Assembly (NCBI GenBank): GCA_002633005.1
Contig: NMRA01000022.1
Span: forward strand, 1,436,618-1,500,617
Length of the DNA: 64,000 nt
DNA from: Phoronis australis
Lineage: Eukaryota; Animalia; Phoronida
Reading direction: 5' to 3'
The position numbers were made by a program, and so were the translations under genes. The notes below the pieces were generated by a model, which was not told where the DNA came from, searched no databases, and saw only the letters and a list, made by a program, of their open reading frames with translations. Positions 50,167-62,743 of this stretch are shown here, piece after piece (position 1 is the stretch's first letter; every line of letters begins with the position of its first letter).

Positions 50167-52947
50167 AATCTAATAGTCCTGGGGATGGGGTCGCTATGAA
50201 ATAAGGAAACTCGCTCATCTAGAGAATTTTGATTGACAAGGCATGTTTTTGAAAAGTAACTGTGGTAAAAAGTCATCCTTGACTTCTGAGAGGCTCGTCC
50301 CATACACTTGTTATGTTGGGAGCACTCCCACTCCGGACAACATGTGAATATGTACACTGTATTGCTAGCCTGCCATCCGTGAACTGGGTGAGTTTATGAA
50401 AAGAAACACTTAGTTCCACTGAACATACCCGTTATTCAGAAGGTAACTGGTGTGGATATCATCACTGAGCTATGCCGATAGAAACTAACTGCTAAAACTT
50501 ACCAAGAAACGTGATTATGTAATCTCACAATGGAAATGCTGAAGCACACACGAGGCGTGAGGCTTCGAAATTCACACACTTTTTGTCACTTGGTTGGCCC
50601 ATTTGATCGCAATTCTCCACGCCCGTAGTAACCTTAGGTTTTTTGGGAATTTGAGACCACCTGTCAAAGATTTGCACTCGGGAAAATAGCAATAATAAGG
50701 CTTAGCGCGACGACGTATTTTGACAACACTTCAGTCTTTTACCAGCAGTTTGCGTGCAGACAGTGACGCATGCGCAATTCAGTCCCAACTAGAACAGCAG
50801 CGACACCGCGAGGAGAGTTTGTCGAATGGCCCCATTTCAATAAATTGTTTCTAGACAGTGATACGCTCATAATTACTCGGCTAAACTTGTTTTCAACAAC
50901 TGTGAAGTGGGAGCGTAAGATCAAATTTCTGTCACTTTCGTGAAGAAAAATACCTAGGGCCTCTTTTGTCTTTTTGTCCTTCGGCTAAACTTCAACCTAC
51001 GGAGCTGTAATCCACAAAAACATGTCTGAAAATTGGTACATGTAGATCACTAGAGATCAAGAGACAAAAACCCGTAGCTTGCTCGAATAGACAGAAGACA
51101 GGATCAATGGAAAGAAAAAAAAACTTTTGACCATTCGTAATCAGGTTTCTGACTTTCATCTGGAAAGAAAAAAGCCAACGGTCTCTTCGAAAAACAGGCT
51201 CTGGGCGCCAAGTGCCAAGTATTCAACTTCCACTCCATAATACCCGAATTGTAGCCAGTTCTCTTATTTCTGTCGCCCTTGCTCAACTAACACATTTTCA
51301 ACAAAAGTGAAGCGGAATCAATTCCTAATTTGAGCTGACTTGAGTTTTAAAAGCTTCAAATATTTGACACTATTTTTACGTATCTTGTAGTTAACTGTAA
51401 CAAAAAGTAAATTATTCAATGTTCGGGGATTTGTTTTACAGGGACATGGAACTCGAAAGTTCGTCAAAAATATATTTTAAACAATTCCTGAAGAACGCAC
51501 CATCTCGCAACGTCTAGTACAGAGGAATTTACTTTCCAATGTGAGGAAACTTCTAGAAAAAATCACAAATTTCACGATTTTTGGTAAATTCGCTCATGCG
51601 CTCACAGTCAGTTGCTTGAAGTCGCTTGAGGTCACACGTTATATTTTCCATATAAGGGAAATGTGCTACGGCTATGTCTTGCCATTCCAAATAAGGAAAC
51701 GCGCTTTGCCTTGTGGGGGAAAAGTCGACAAGCAGTTGACAGAGCGATTTTTTAATTTGTAACTAAAAATGCTTTGATATCAACAGAAATTAAAAAATCT
51801 TCACAAGCAAGCTCTACAAACACTTAGTGAGCAGGTTGAATTCTGTTTCAGTGGCAGAGAACCACTTCCAATATTGTAATTTAGTCTGTTTATCGCGTTC
51901 CAGCCATCTTTAAAATGGAATTATTGTTGAAAATAAGAACGCTGTTTTTGTGACTATCCTTGTCTATTCGTAATACCAAAGGCAACTTTTATGCTAAATG
52001 CGTTAGTTTTTTTGAAGCGACATCAACTAGGTTCCAGATATTGATGGGACGTTTTCAGTTCTAAGCATTTCCAATGCTTTTGGCAATTACATGTAAAAGC
52101 ATCTATTTCTTCTTTAGAGCTTAAGTATCAGTCCACGGATCCACCGACCACATTACAGCCAACAAGCGGCAAAGGGGGTCAGCCATTCAGAACCATGTTC
52201 AGTCTAATAAATCACATGAGGGATGAGAGAAAGTGGGTGAAGTATGACACCACAGAGTTTGGTGGTTTAGGAGACACAAGGGAAGACTTCTGGGGGGGGA
52301 AAAATGAGGTAGCTTCTTGATGTTGAATGTGTCATTTTTGACTACATTTTCTACTGCAGTTTCTGCTTCACACACAATCTTTTTCTAAAAAATTTTGATA
52401 TCACATGATCAGTTCATGAGTGATGTAAGCAAAAACGGTATCGACACTGAAATATCGTTACCATGGTAACACTGGAACTGTTTCCGTGGAGGTACTTTTC
52501 ATGCTTGTTAAAAACCAGCGAAGCTGCCCCCACGAGAAAACTGAAAATTATAACATGGGCATGTAGAAGCCTCCATGCCCTTGAAATTAAAACAAAAAAC
52601 ATAGTCAGCCCTTCAGACAGGATTGCTAATATGTTTATGAATTTCACTATTTTCAGATCGTACACATGTCGGGTTGAACCCGTCACTAGTTGTGCGCCGT
52701 TTCTACGCATTAAAATGCCGTGTACAACAATTAAAAGAATTGATTTGCTTAAATGTTTTTAATTAATTATAACTATAATTTGGCAGTAATCTTTCTCGTA
52801 TACATATTTCACTGAAGACACGAGACCTTAATCTGTTTTAGTAGTTTAATTTCAGTTCTTTCCAACTCTCTAAATAGAGATCTTGTCTTTACATCACAAC
52901 AGTGCAATAAAAATCTAAACGACATCAGTAGGTAACATAATTTAAAA

Positions 52948-52983
52948 AGCGATATTTCGAAACACATATCTCATCTTCAAGCT
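52948..52983 (-). ncRNA. Degenerate minimal hammerhead-ribozyme-like motif, inverted pLTR copy
   Basis: The minus strand reads agc-TTGAAGA-tgagatatgtgtttc-GAAA-tatc-gct. The GAAA box is intact and the first C of CUGANGA is mutated. Confidence 0.55.
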
Positions 52984-53248
52984 ACTATTTAAAAATAGTT
53001 CACAGTGAAACGCACATCAGAAATGACAAATGCAATATAACACGTGAAGTTGGCATGCGCAACTATGACGATAAAACATATATAAATATAAAAACATTGC
53101 TATGCAACATAATCTACAAATCACCTAAATAATACCAGTCCTTCGAGTTCCAGTTAGCTGCTCGTTCAAACTGGGGTTTTCAAACATTATTAGAAGCAAC
53201 TCTAATGTTCGTAACCTGTGTACATCATTTTCAATGTATCTAATGACT

Positions 53249-53999
53249 TTATCCCATAGGCGTTGAATCTGTCTAGGGAAATACGGCCATGTATTAGTTT
53301 TCTGTATTCACCTCCCGCACTACTTCAAGAGCGACCTCTGACATGGAAAGTTCAAAAGGTAGGTCAATGTCGACTCGACGTTTTCAGCCGGTTCGATCAT
53401 CAAACTTTCCAAATATAGTTTAAAGTAATACAGTTTCAGAAGTGTAACTAACACTCGACATGCAACCAGGCCCTAAACGTAAAATCTGGAACAAAACTGT
53501 TAATTATAAGACACTTATACCTCAGTTTTCAGTTGCTGAATACTATGTCGTCTGCAACTCAGGCGCCGATTCCTAGGAAACTAAAATATCAAATATTGTT
53601 GTTTTTTAACTATTTCCATGAGATTTTACAAGTTCACTGCACAGTTGCCGTTGTTTTTATCTTTGCTACCTCTTTTCAAGAAAAAATCGTTACTTTTAAA
53701 AGTGTTTCTTTTACAAGAGAAAACTTGCAACCTAACGCGCAAGTACATACATATAGGATGTGATCCGCCATGTGAACAGTCTGGATGAAGTATTTGAAAA
53801 ATCTGCCGAAAAAATGTAAGAAACTTAGGGATTCGAAACTCATGGGATAAATACAAAACGTATCTCGATTGGCGTAGATGAAGTAATATCCCACTCGACC
53901 TTATTCCGCGCATCGACATTGACGTTGGGTCTCGATACGCGGAATAACGTGTCTTGAGATATTACTTCATCTACGCCACTCTCGGTACGTTTTGTGTAT
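53249..53999 (-). mobile_element. TSD-less hairpin element, copy 1, splitting the GIY-YIG of the inverted Penelope arm
   Basis: It interrupts VDNT|VIRY, which is contiguous in the other arm (~56790-56810). One end is a fold-back of about 150 bp. It is homologous to 55592-56315. Confidence 0.8.
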
Positions 54000-54528
54000 G
54001 TATTGTCAACAATCTCTTGACGAGTTATCTTGCGACTGTGAACGTTTTGAAAATGGTCTTTTATGGAGCCGTTTTGTAAAAGCATTGAAAGTCGTCGTGA
54101 CAAGGAACGCACTGCGTGCCCAATGTAATTTTGTTTCTGATGAGGACGAAAACATTCGACCGCAGGACAAGTTAACTCATAAACAACATTACATCTAGCA
54201 ACAATGCGGACCTTCTCACGACTAATATTGTTTCTCATCACTAAATTAGAGGTCTTCACATTCTTGTAATAAATAATTACATCTACCTTGTCATTAGGAC
54301 TAACAACTTTTACATTATTATATATTATGTTCTTTAGGACTTGTTCATCTTGTACATAACTTTTGGAAATACAGTTTTTGTAGAACAGTTTCTTAACATT
54401 ACCAGTAAATGTTTATACATGATAATGTATAACGACATTGTAAAGTTGGAAAAGGATGTATTTGTTCAAATAAATCCTGACATCCGTAACCAGCTATTAG
54501 CGGAAGATAATAAGTGTCCTAGTAATGT

Positions 54529-55591
54529 TTGTCAACGCACTCTCGTTTGAAAGAGAACAAAAGTATTGTAATTCGTCGAGCTGATAATTCCAATCAATGT
54601 GTGATTCTGGACAGCATTGATTATTTTGACAAACTTACTCAGTTAACAAGCGATACCAGTAAGTTTGAGTCTGTTAGTCGTACGCCCATACTTGATTTAA
54701 AAAGGGATCTCAACAGTCATATCAAGACGGTGAGTAGAAAAGCAAGTAAGAATATCTTTAATGAGATCGAAGGTGATTTCTCTGGAGGTTATCTTTATGG
54801 TAACCCTAGCACGCATAAAGTTAATAATCCAATGAGACCTGTCATTTCTCAAGTATTAACACCTTCATACAAAGTGTCTAAATGTATTGATCAGATTATA
54901 AAGCCGTATATTCAAAGTCAGTATAGTATCAAGTCACGTGATGACTTACTTGAGATTTTGCGTACCATTGTACCTATTACTGGCTGCCAACCAATGTCCC
55001 AGTACTTGAAACCATAGATATTATTATTAACAATGTCTATAATCATCCAAATTTGAAGCCTCCTGAAATTCCTAAGGACATCCTTAAAGAAATGCTATTA
55101 ACTTGCACTACGAAGGTACCATTTCGACATGTAAATGGTAAATTATTTTTGCAGAAAAATGGTGTTAGTATGAGTTCCCCATTATGCCCAACGTTCGCTG
55201 AATTTTATATGTCAGAATTTGAAAAACGCGTTGAAATTAACATTGATCACTTTCCTATATATGTTCGATATGTTGATGATATTTTCGTCTATTGTAATTT
55301 TGATGAAAGGGTATCGCTTAAAACTGTGCTTGAGGACCATTCAGTATTGAAATTCACTCATGAAACATCTGTTAATGATAAGATACCATTTCTAGCTGTA
55401 CTTATATGTAACTCAGCCATAAGATTCATCACATCAGCTTATCACAAGCCTACTGACAAAGGTATTTGTCTCCATGCTGATAGTGACTGTCCTGAGCGTT
55501 TCAGTCAATCTCTTAAAGAGAGCTCACACTATTTCGTCAGACTTGAAACTGTTCATTAGTGAAGTCCAACATGTAAAACAACTTCAAATAA
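54529..55591 (+). pseudogene. Penelope reverse transcriptase (frameshifted, with internal deletions)
   Basis: IVIRRADN, YLYGNPSTHK...PMRPVIS, QKNGVSMSSPLCPTFAEFYM, YVRYVDDIF, IPFL and YHKPT. Confidence 0.88.
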
Positions 55592-56315
55592 ATACACAAA
55601 ACGTACCGAGAATGGCGTAGATGAAGTAATATCCCACGAGACATTATTACGCGTATCGACAGAGACCGAACGACCGAGACCGAAGGTCGAGGTCGATACG
55701 CGGAATAATGTTGAGTGGGATATTACTTCATGTACGCCAATCGAGGTACGTTTTGTATTTATCCCATACGCTTCGAATTCCTTAGTTTCTTTCATTTTTC
55801 CACAGACTTGTTAAATACTTCACTCAGACTGTTCACGTGGCGGATCAGATCCTATATGTATGTACATGCGCGTTAGGCTGCAAGTTTTCTCTAGTAAAAG
55901 AAACAGTTTTAAATGTGACGATTTATTACTTGAAAAGAGATAACAAAGATAAAACAAGGGTAACTTTTCATTGAAATTGTAACATCTCCTGAAAGTATTT
56001 GATATTGTAGTTACCGAGGATCGGCACCTGAGTTGCAGACAACAAAATACATAGCAAATGAGAACTGAGACAGAATTGTCATGCAACGTTCCTGTTCCAG
56101 ATGTTACGATTGAGACCTGTTGAGCATTATTTACACTGCTATAACTGCATTATTTTAACCTATTTTCAGAAATTTTGGTGATCGAACCGGCTAACGACGT
56201 CGAGTAGACATTGACCTACCTTTTGAACTTTCCATGTCAGTAGTGCGGGAGATGAATACGGAAAACTTTATAACAAGGCCGTACTTCCCTCTACAGATCA
56301 ACGCGTATGGGATAA
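55592..56315 (+). mobile_element. TSD-less hairpin element, copy 2, inserted after the Penelope RT
   Basis: Removing it restores QLQI-NSGYTNS. It begins atacacaaaacgtac, ends tatgggataa, and has a terminal hairpin at 55592-55760. Confidence 0.8.
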
Positions 56316-56536
56316 ATAGTGGTTACACAAATTCATTTGTGGATAAGCATACTAATCGGTTTGTCTCAAAAGTTGAACAACATTATCATGTACAAACGTT
56401 TACTGGTAATGTTAAAAGACTGTTTTACAAAACCTGTATGTCCAAAAGTTATGTACGAGATGAACAAGTCCATAATATATAATAAAGAGTTGTTAGTCCT
56501 AATGACAAACTAGATGTAATTATTTATTACAAGAAT

Positions 56537-56908
56537 GTGAAGACCTCGAATTTAGTGATGAGAAACAATATTAATCGTGAGGAGGTCCGCACTGTTGCTA
56601 GATGTAATGTTGTTTATGAGTTTACTTCTCCCGCGGTCGAATGTTTTCGTCCTCATCAGAAACAAAATTCCATTGGGCACAAAGTGTATTCCTTGTCAGG
56701 ACGACTTTCAATGCATTTACAAAACGGCTCCATAAAAGACCATTTTCAAAACATTCACGGTCGCAAGATAACTCGTCAGGAGATTGTTGACAATACAGTC
56801 ATTAGATACATTGAAACTGATGTACACAGGTTACGAACATTAGGGTTGCTTCTAATAATGTTTGAAAACCCCAGATTGAACGAGCAGCTACATGTAAGTG
56901 GATCTTGA
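56537..56908 (+). pseudogene. Penelope GIY-YIG endonuclease domain
   Basis: NVVYEFTSP...NSIGH...LSGRLSMH...SIKDHF...LRTLGLLLI..ENPRLNEQ. The inverted copy at 54000-54259 keeps NVVYELTCP...NYIGH. Confidence 0.85.
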
Positions 56909-57069
56909 AGGACTCTGACATTATATAGGTGATCTGTAGGTTATGTTGCACAGAAACGTATGTATATTTATATATGTTTTATCGTCATAGTTGCGCATGC
57001 CAACTTCACGTGTTATATTGCATTTGTCATTTCTGATGTGCGTTTCACTTTGAACTAGCTGTAAATAGT

Positions 57070-57105
57070 AGCCTGAAGATGAAATATGTGTCTCAAAATA
57101 TCGCT
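57070..57105 (+). ncRNA. Degenerate minimal hammerhead-ribozyme-like motif in the Penelope pLTR
   Basis: agc-CTGAAGA-tgaaatatgtgtctc-AAAA-tatc-gct. The CUGANGA box is intact and the GAAA box is mutated. Confidence 0.55.
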
Positions 57106-60100
57106 TTTAAAATTATGTTACCTACTGATGTCGTTTGGATTTTTATTGCACTATTGTGATGTAAAGACAAGATCTCTATTTTGAGAGTTGGAAAGAACTG
57201 AAATTAAACTAGTAAAAACAGATCAAAGTCGTGTCTTCAATGAAATTAATTATAAGGATACAACCAGTTCCCATTAAAATATGAAAGCATACTGGATTTG
57301 TTCATCCAACTCATTGAATACCAAACTCAAGCATACAATATGCGTTAGTTGAATGATGGCTGATCTGAAGTGCAGGTTTGCGAATTTATCTATTTATCTG
57401 GCATTGTCATTCGCATCAAATATGGTATTTTTGCAAATTGCCGAGTGAAACGACTCTGAAAACTCTTGGGAAATGCACAAAAAATATAGCGAGACATTTG
57501 AGATCCTTAAGAATGAGGGGACGTGAAGGAGGTGGAACGTGTCCTGCTGAGAAGTAGTTTGTTTGCCTTGGAGGCAGGTGTGCAGCAGGAGCTAGATTAT
57601 CTACCGTAGTTGATTCACTTTCCCGAATCATCGTTACAACCCTCGCCATATATTGGCGTCGCTAAAGACACTGAGTACATCCGCTGCACACAAGAGGGGA
57701 AATCCGACAGAAGTCTGAAAATGACCAAAGACGTTGCAAAGTCAAGGACAAGGTTCAACGTCCTGCTTCATGCGAGCTCGGGTAGGAATCACCAAACTGC
57801 AGGGTCACACCCTGAGGAATATTTTTAGGAGCACGTCATTCATGCAAAAATATTTTTATTGACGCACCGTGATTGCTTATAACTTGGATCTTATTGCTTA
57901 ATCATATCTTATTTCAAATGTCTTGAAGTATAGGGAGTGTATGTATACACTGACATAGAAAATAGGAAATTATCATAACTTTTCATGATAGCCACCAAAT
58001 GTGTTTAAACATTTTACGTGACTTCTGCACATGACCTGCTTTTAGAGACTAGAGAGTATGTTATGTCCGCTATTGAATTTCTGTGATTGCATATGAAGTT
58101 AATTAAACATGCCAAATCTGTCAAAAATATTGTGCATTTCTCAAAAATTACAGATATTAAGTTGTGATTTTGCAACTAGTGAAGCTTACAAAGATGGATA
58201 GGCTAAAAATGAAACGGAACTCAAAAAAGTGGAACTGATTATATGCCTAATGTGCAGTTCACAGTTTTGCTCAATAATTCATCGCTGAAGGAGATGGCAA
58301 GTCGCACATCAAAATGCACCCTCCCAAAATTGGAATAAAAAAGACAGCAATTTTAACATGGCCTCTACGTCCCCCAAATTATCCCGTTGACTTGAGACCC
58401 TGAAGGGACAATTGATCTGATAACCACGTAAAGGATTCGGGTGTTGTTTCATTCATGCTGAATTTGCAGTAGAGTTCAAAATTCCTGTTTACCTCATATG
58501 ATTTCCAAATAGCGATGTCTTTCTGAACTTTAGAGTAAAGTAACAACAATAATCAATAACTGTTGTGAGGTTTCCACAATATTTATCGACGATCTTGAAC
58601 CTATGGTTTCCATATCGTACTTGTGCATGAAATATAGTGTATGCTATGTATGCAGTACATTACAAAAACACAATTACACAAGTCAGACGTTTGTTTGGAA
58701 ATCTGTTGTGTTGAAACGGTAAACTTTTTGTGCTCATCGTGAAGGTGGGCTCATGTGAAGTGCAGAATGATACTGATCAATTTTTGGTGTCATATCAGCT
58801 GCCATCTAATGTTCTTTTTTTTAAAAAACCAGGATGGCAGTGAACTAGGGTGGGGAGATCTTGTACGGTGACACTGGGGATTTTAGATGGTTTTTCTAGA
58901 AATTGCATAGCAAATACATATTATACAGTGGCTGCTACTCAAGCACATTAGAGTAACCACCTCTATTCAGGCTCTGTTGTTTTTATTTGGTTGATCCCTA
59001 CAGCCTATGACTGTGAACATGCAAAAAAAGATATTTCCAATACAGCTGACTAAATATAACTACAAATTTTCAGGAATATGCAGAAGCTTCCAGACAAAAC
59101 AGGCTGAATTAATGAAATTTCAGAGTGGGTCAAAAGAAAGCGAGTTAGATTTGGAGCCCATGGGTACTACAATAATAGTAAGTACTTGTACTGTAACGCA
59201 TTTTGTAATTGCCTGAAATCGGTCAATTGTTTTATGTTTCAATGTTATGAAGAGAAATTTAATGCACAACTCATGCATTTCACAATGAACGCTGACACAT
59301 ATTCAGTGCAGATATTTTCAATCGGTCTCAATATTTTCAACATGTAACGTGCCGTTCTTCAGTTTTATACCTTTGTCCTATTGTTAGGTACATAGAAATT
59401 CATTTGGTGAATTTTTGTAATCAAATCTGAATGACTTATTTGTGATGCCTTCACTTTAGGTTGGTATTCGTGTTTTATGAGCCGAAATGTCCACATTAAA
59501 TTTAATATGTTTAATTTTTTCATTAATACAATTTTAGGAATCAGGAAAGGCTTATGCTGAAGAAGTGGCTTCTGCTGATGTTGGAAATCTGCGGATTATT
59601 AGTAAAGGTTGGGTATGGAGAAGTTCAAAACCAGCAAGAATGTACCTCTCTGGACAACCAAATGAGGGAGATAGAGAGAGGTTGAAAAGTCTACTCCCAG
59701 AAGATTACTGGCTTATACCACAACAGGTCCAAAGTAATTTGGTGAGATAGGCCACTCTCAACAGCTGTGGGGAAACTGGGACAGTTGTATGTAGGAGATA
59801 TGACAGAGGAAGTGGAGTATGCATTGAAAAGAGACAATCTACAGCTGTGTAGAGAAGTAGGCTTGTGTATTGTTGCAAGCTTTTTTGCACCGGAACTGCT
59901 GTGTGAACAGGACAAATCTAAATTTACCTGTGTTGAATTTTTGTCCAGCCAGCGATCATGATCCTTGGCAAGTGGATTATGTCGGTACGGCCACATGGTA
60001 ATGGGTACATTATTCTCTTTGTTTAGCCACTGGATTTTTGGTCTAATAGGATTTCTCAGTGTGGCCATCACATTTAGATGTTTGTTTCGTGATTTCTGAT

Positions 60101-62501
60101 TTCTGACCACTGTACTGTTACTTTTCCTTGAAATTGTGAAATTGATCTGAATTTATGTTTCCGCATTTTATTTACCATTATAGATTTTTGTTTGTAAATA
60201 AGTATTTATTACTGACATTTGAGCCCCCGTTGCAGTTAGGCTGGTTTTGTTCACTTATCTTTTAGCCTGGGTTGTAAACCCACATTCCGTTCACGAGGTA
60301 AAGTTTTGATTTAGACCATTTACCTCTATAAACTTTTCTCAATTTGTTCCACATGCACATGGGAAGTGATTTTTGGAATTGCAGCAAATTGACAGTTTAC
60401 TATTCCTCGAGACCATGCTGTGTGCATAAAATCACAAACTGTTAGACAAGCCATCTTATAGAGCCTGGTCTCTCTCTATAGCAAGTGAATATTGCCAGTT
60501 CTTTCGAAATTCTGAAATTGCTCGAAAGTGACCAGGAAATAATTACCATTTAATGATGGTAAGTTGTCTCAATCAAAAGTTGTTTTATGTGATAGTAGGC
60601 GGGTTTTTGTCCACTTCAAATGATTTTTGTTGCAGTACTGAAAAGTGTTGGCTCATTAGCTCTGGTGACTCCTTGGTTTTTGGTGAAATGGCCTTTTCAT
60701 GGTTCCCATGAGCAGTTTTGTAACTGGTCTAGAATGTATGTACAACTGTAATCGAACGGCAAGCATTTATCGGCAAAGGTCTGATGTGCGCCCAAGGTTC
60801 TATATCCATGAAAACTGTATTGTTATATCCAACAATGACACGACAAAGGAAAACAATGATACGACCGATAGGTGACGAGTTGCCATGGACAGTGGTGGAA
60901 TTTGTCTTGTCATTCGAATGTTTTTAGAGAACGGCAAACCCGGTATTTCGTCATCAAAATTTCTGCGGCCTTTTGTTTTAAGTCGTATGAAAAATTGCGG
61001 TCATGCCACTAAACTTATCATTCATTTGATATTACAATGCACTGCATGAACATTTGATCAACAGAAAATCTGACTTGAATAAGTGTGAAGAAATACCCAT
61101 GAGGAAGTTGCAAGGCATAACAACTGTAAATCAAAATAAGCTACATTTGTCGAGTTCATGTCTAACCCTGTTGACTGGGGAGGACAAAATCGTCATTTTG
61201 AAAAAATGGAGCTATAGTCCTAAGTGGTAAGTAGTAAAACATTCAAAACATTCAAGAGGAACTAACTTGTTTCAAAATATCGAAAAACGTGAAGGACAAT
61301 CTGATTTTACGTTCTCACGCAACTAACTCAGATATTTGAAAATTTCTCATTTTATTACATTTGAAGGGCCAAAATGTATAACTAATAAACTAGCTGACAA
61401 AGTGTTTATTTTATGCAACAAAAGTTACGTGTTTTGTCAACATTTTGGCCAAGTTTCATTCTCATAGCAGTAGGGGCAGATTTTGGTATGGCAGTGTAGT
61501 GAACATAACCTCAACATGGAATAACCGGGGGCAGTGTTGCAAAACTACTAAATGAGGGTGGTAAATCGGAATCTTTTTTTCAAGACATATATATAACAAT
61601 CTACAGGCACCACTTAGTAATACCAAGTGAATAATAGTTCCATAGCTTTCATTCAAGGAAAAATATAAACAGTTAAATTGTACAGTTTTTACAGCGTGAA
61701 AACATGGCTGCGAAGCCGTGAAATGTGTTTGAGCCTATAACTTTGGTATAACGTAATATTTTGGGGAATAATTTTACCACTGCTTATAGATCCCATAGGA
61801 CTACCTATGTGTCAAATTTATCGGCTGACCCCCAACTTGCCGCTGGATGGCTGGTGCTTTCGTGGACAAGCACATTTAAGTGTTTATAAGTACAATAATT
61901 GCAAAAATATGCGCACGTACTTCTATAGCCAATGACCGAGGGTAAAACGTGACTTATCATCAAACAGTGGTATTATCAACCGATTTTATAAATCTGGAAA
62001 TTGCTTTAAAAGCAACCTTTGTTTGCTTATATTTCCGTTTTTGAGAGTAAATCGTACCTTTTATCACAAATCTTTGATGTATCATTGACCGAGAGGTTCT
62101 CGTTTTAATAATACTGTTTCAAATCACCGACCACGATATCATCGTTATACACTGGAAGTTCGAAACTAGTCACGTTTAAGTAAATCAATGGTGTAATTTA
62201 CAGGGCCAACTTATCAGCGCACAATTTTCTGTGCATTGTGAGATATGAGCTCGGCTGGCTACTGCGAATGAAAGTTAGCTGGTCATATAGCTTATGTCAA
62301 AAGTTAAAGATGTCAAAATAATAGAATAAACTGGCTGGTTGCTCCTCTTAAGGGAATTCTCGGTGAAAACATCAATTTTACAGAAAATGTCAGTAGTGCG
62401 GATTCGAACAAACTAGCTCCAATAGCAGCCAGATGTTTTTTCGCTGAGCTGAATCTCTCATTTTAAATGCCAACGTATTTTAAGAGTATTTTGATGGTAA
62501 A

Positions 62502-62743
62502 AATGAGCGCACCCAGCCAAAAAAATTGGGGGCTCGAATTTTTTAAAATTTGGTCTTTTTACTAATATTCAGGGGGTACATTCACAGCTATGAACTGTGC
62601 ATTCGCCGAATTTTGGTTGTTCCTGTCTTTATGGCGGACTTTGTATCGTTTTCTACTTATTCGGAGTTATTGTTTCTCTGAGGCGGACCTTTGTTTTTGC
62701 CTACTTTACACCCCAAGCCCCCCCCCCCCTGGGTGCACGCATG
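62502..62743. mobile_element. Small MITE inserted in a family-B repeat
   Basis: Ends are atgagcgcacccag...ctgggtgcacgcat, with gtaaa duplicated on both sides. It is absent from the family-B copy at about 26500-26520. Confidence 0.6.

Larger units (their letters stand above)
52773..57243 (+). mobile_element. Penelope-like element with an inverted 5' partial arm
   Basis: The main body 54428-57243 (+) encodes RT and GIY-YIG, and 52806-54427 is an inverted copy of its 3' part. A 12-bp TSD aattaattataa sits at 52761-52772 and 57244-57255, and the left arm has an unpaired tail of about 33 bp. Confidence 0.9.

Noticed and set aside
57640-57800. Possible LINE ORF1 zinc-knuckle remnant on the minus strand (CNVFGH)
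   Set aside because: There is only one partial motif with stops, and no associated ORF2.
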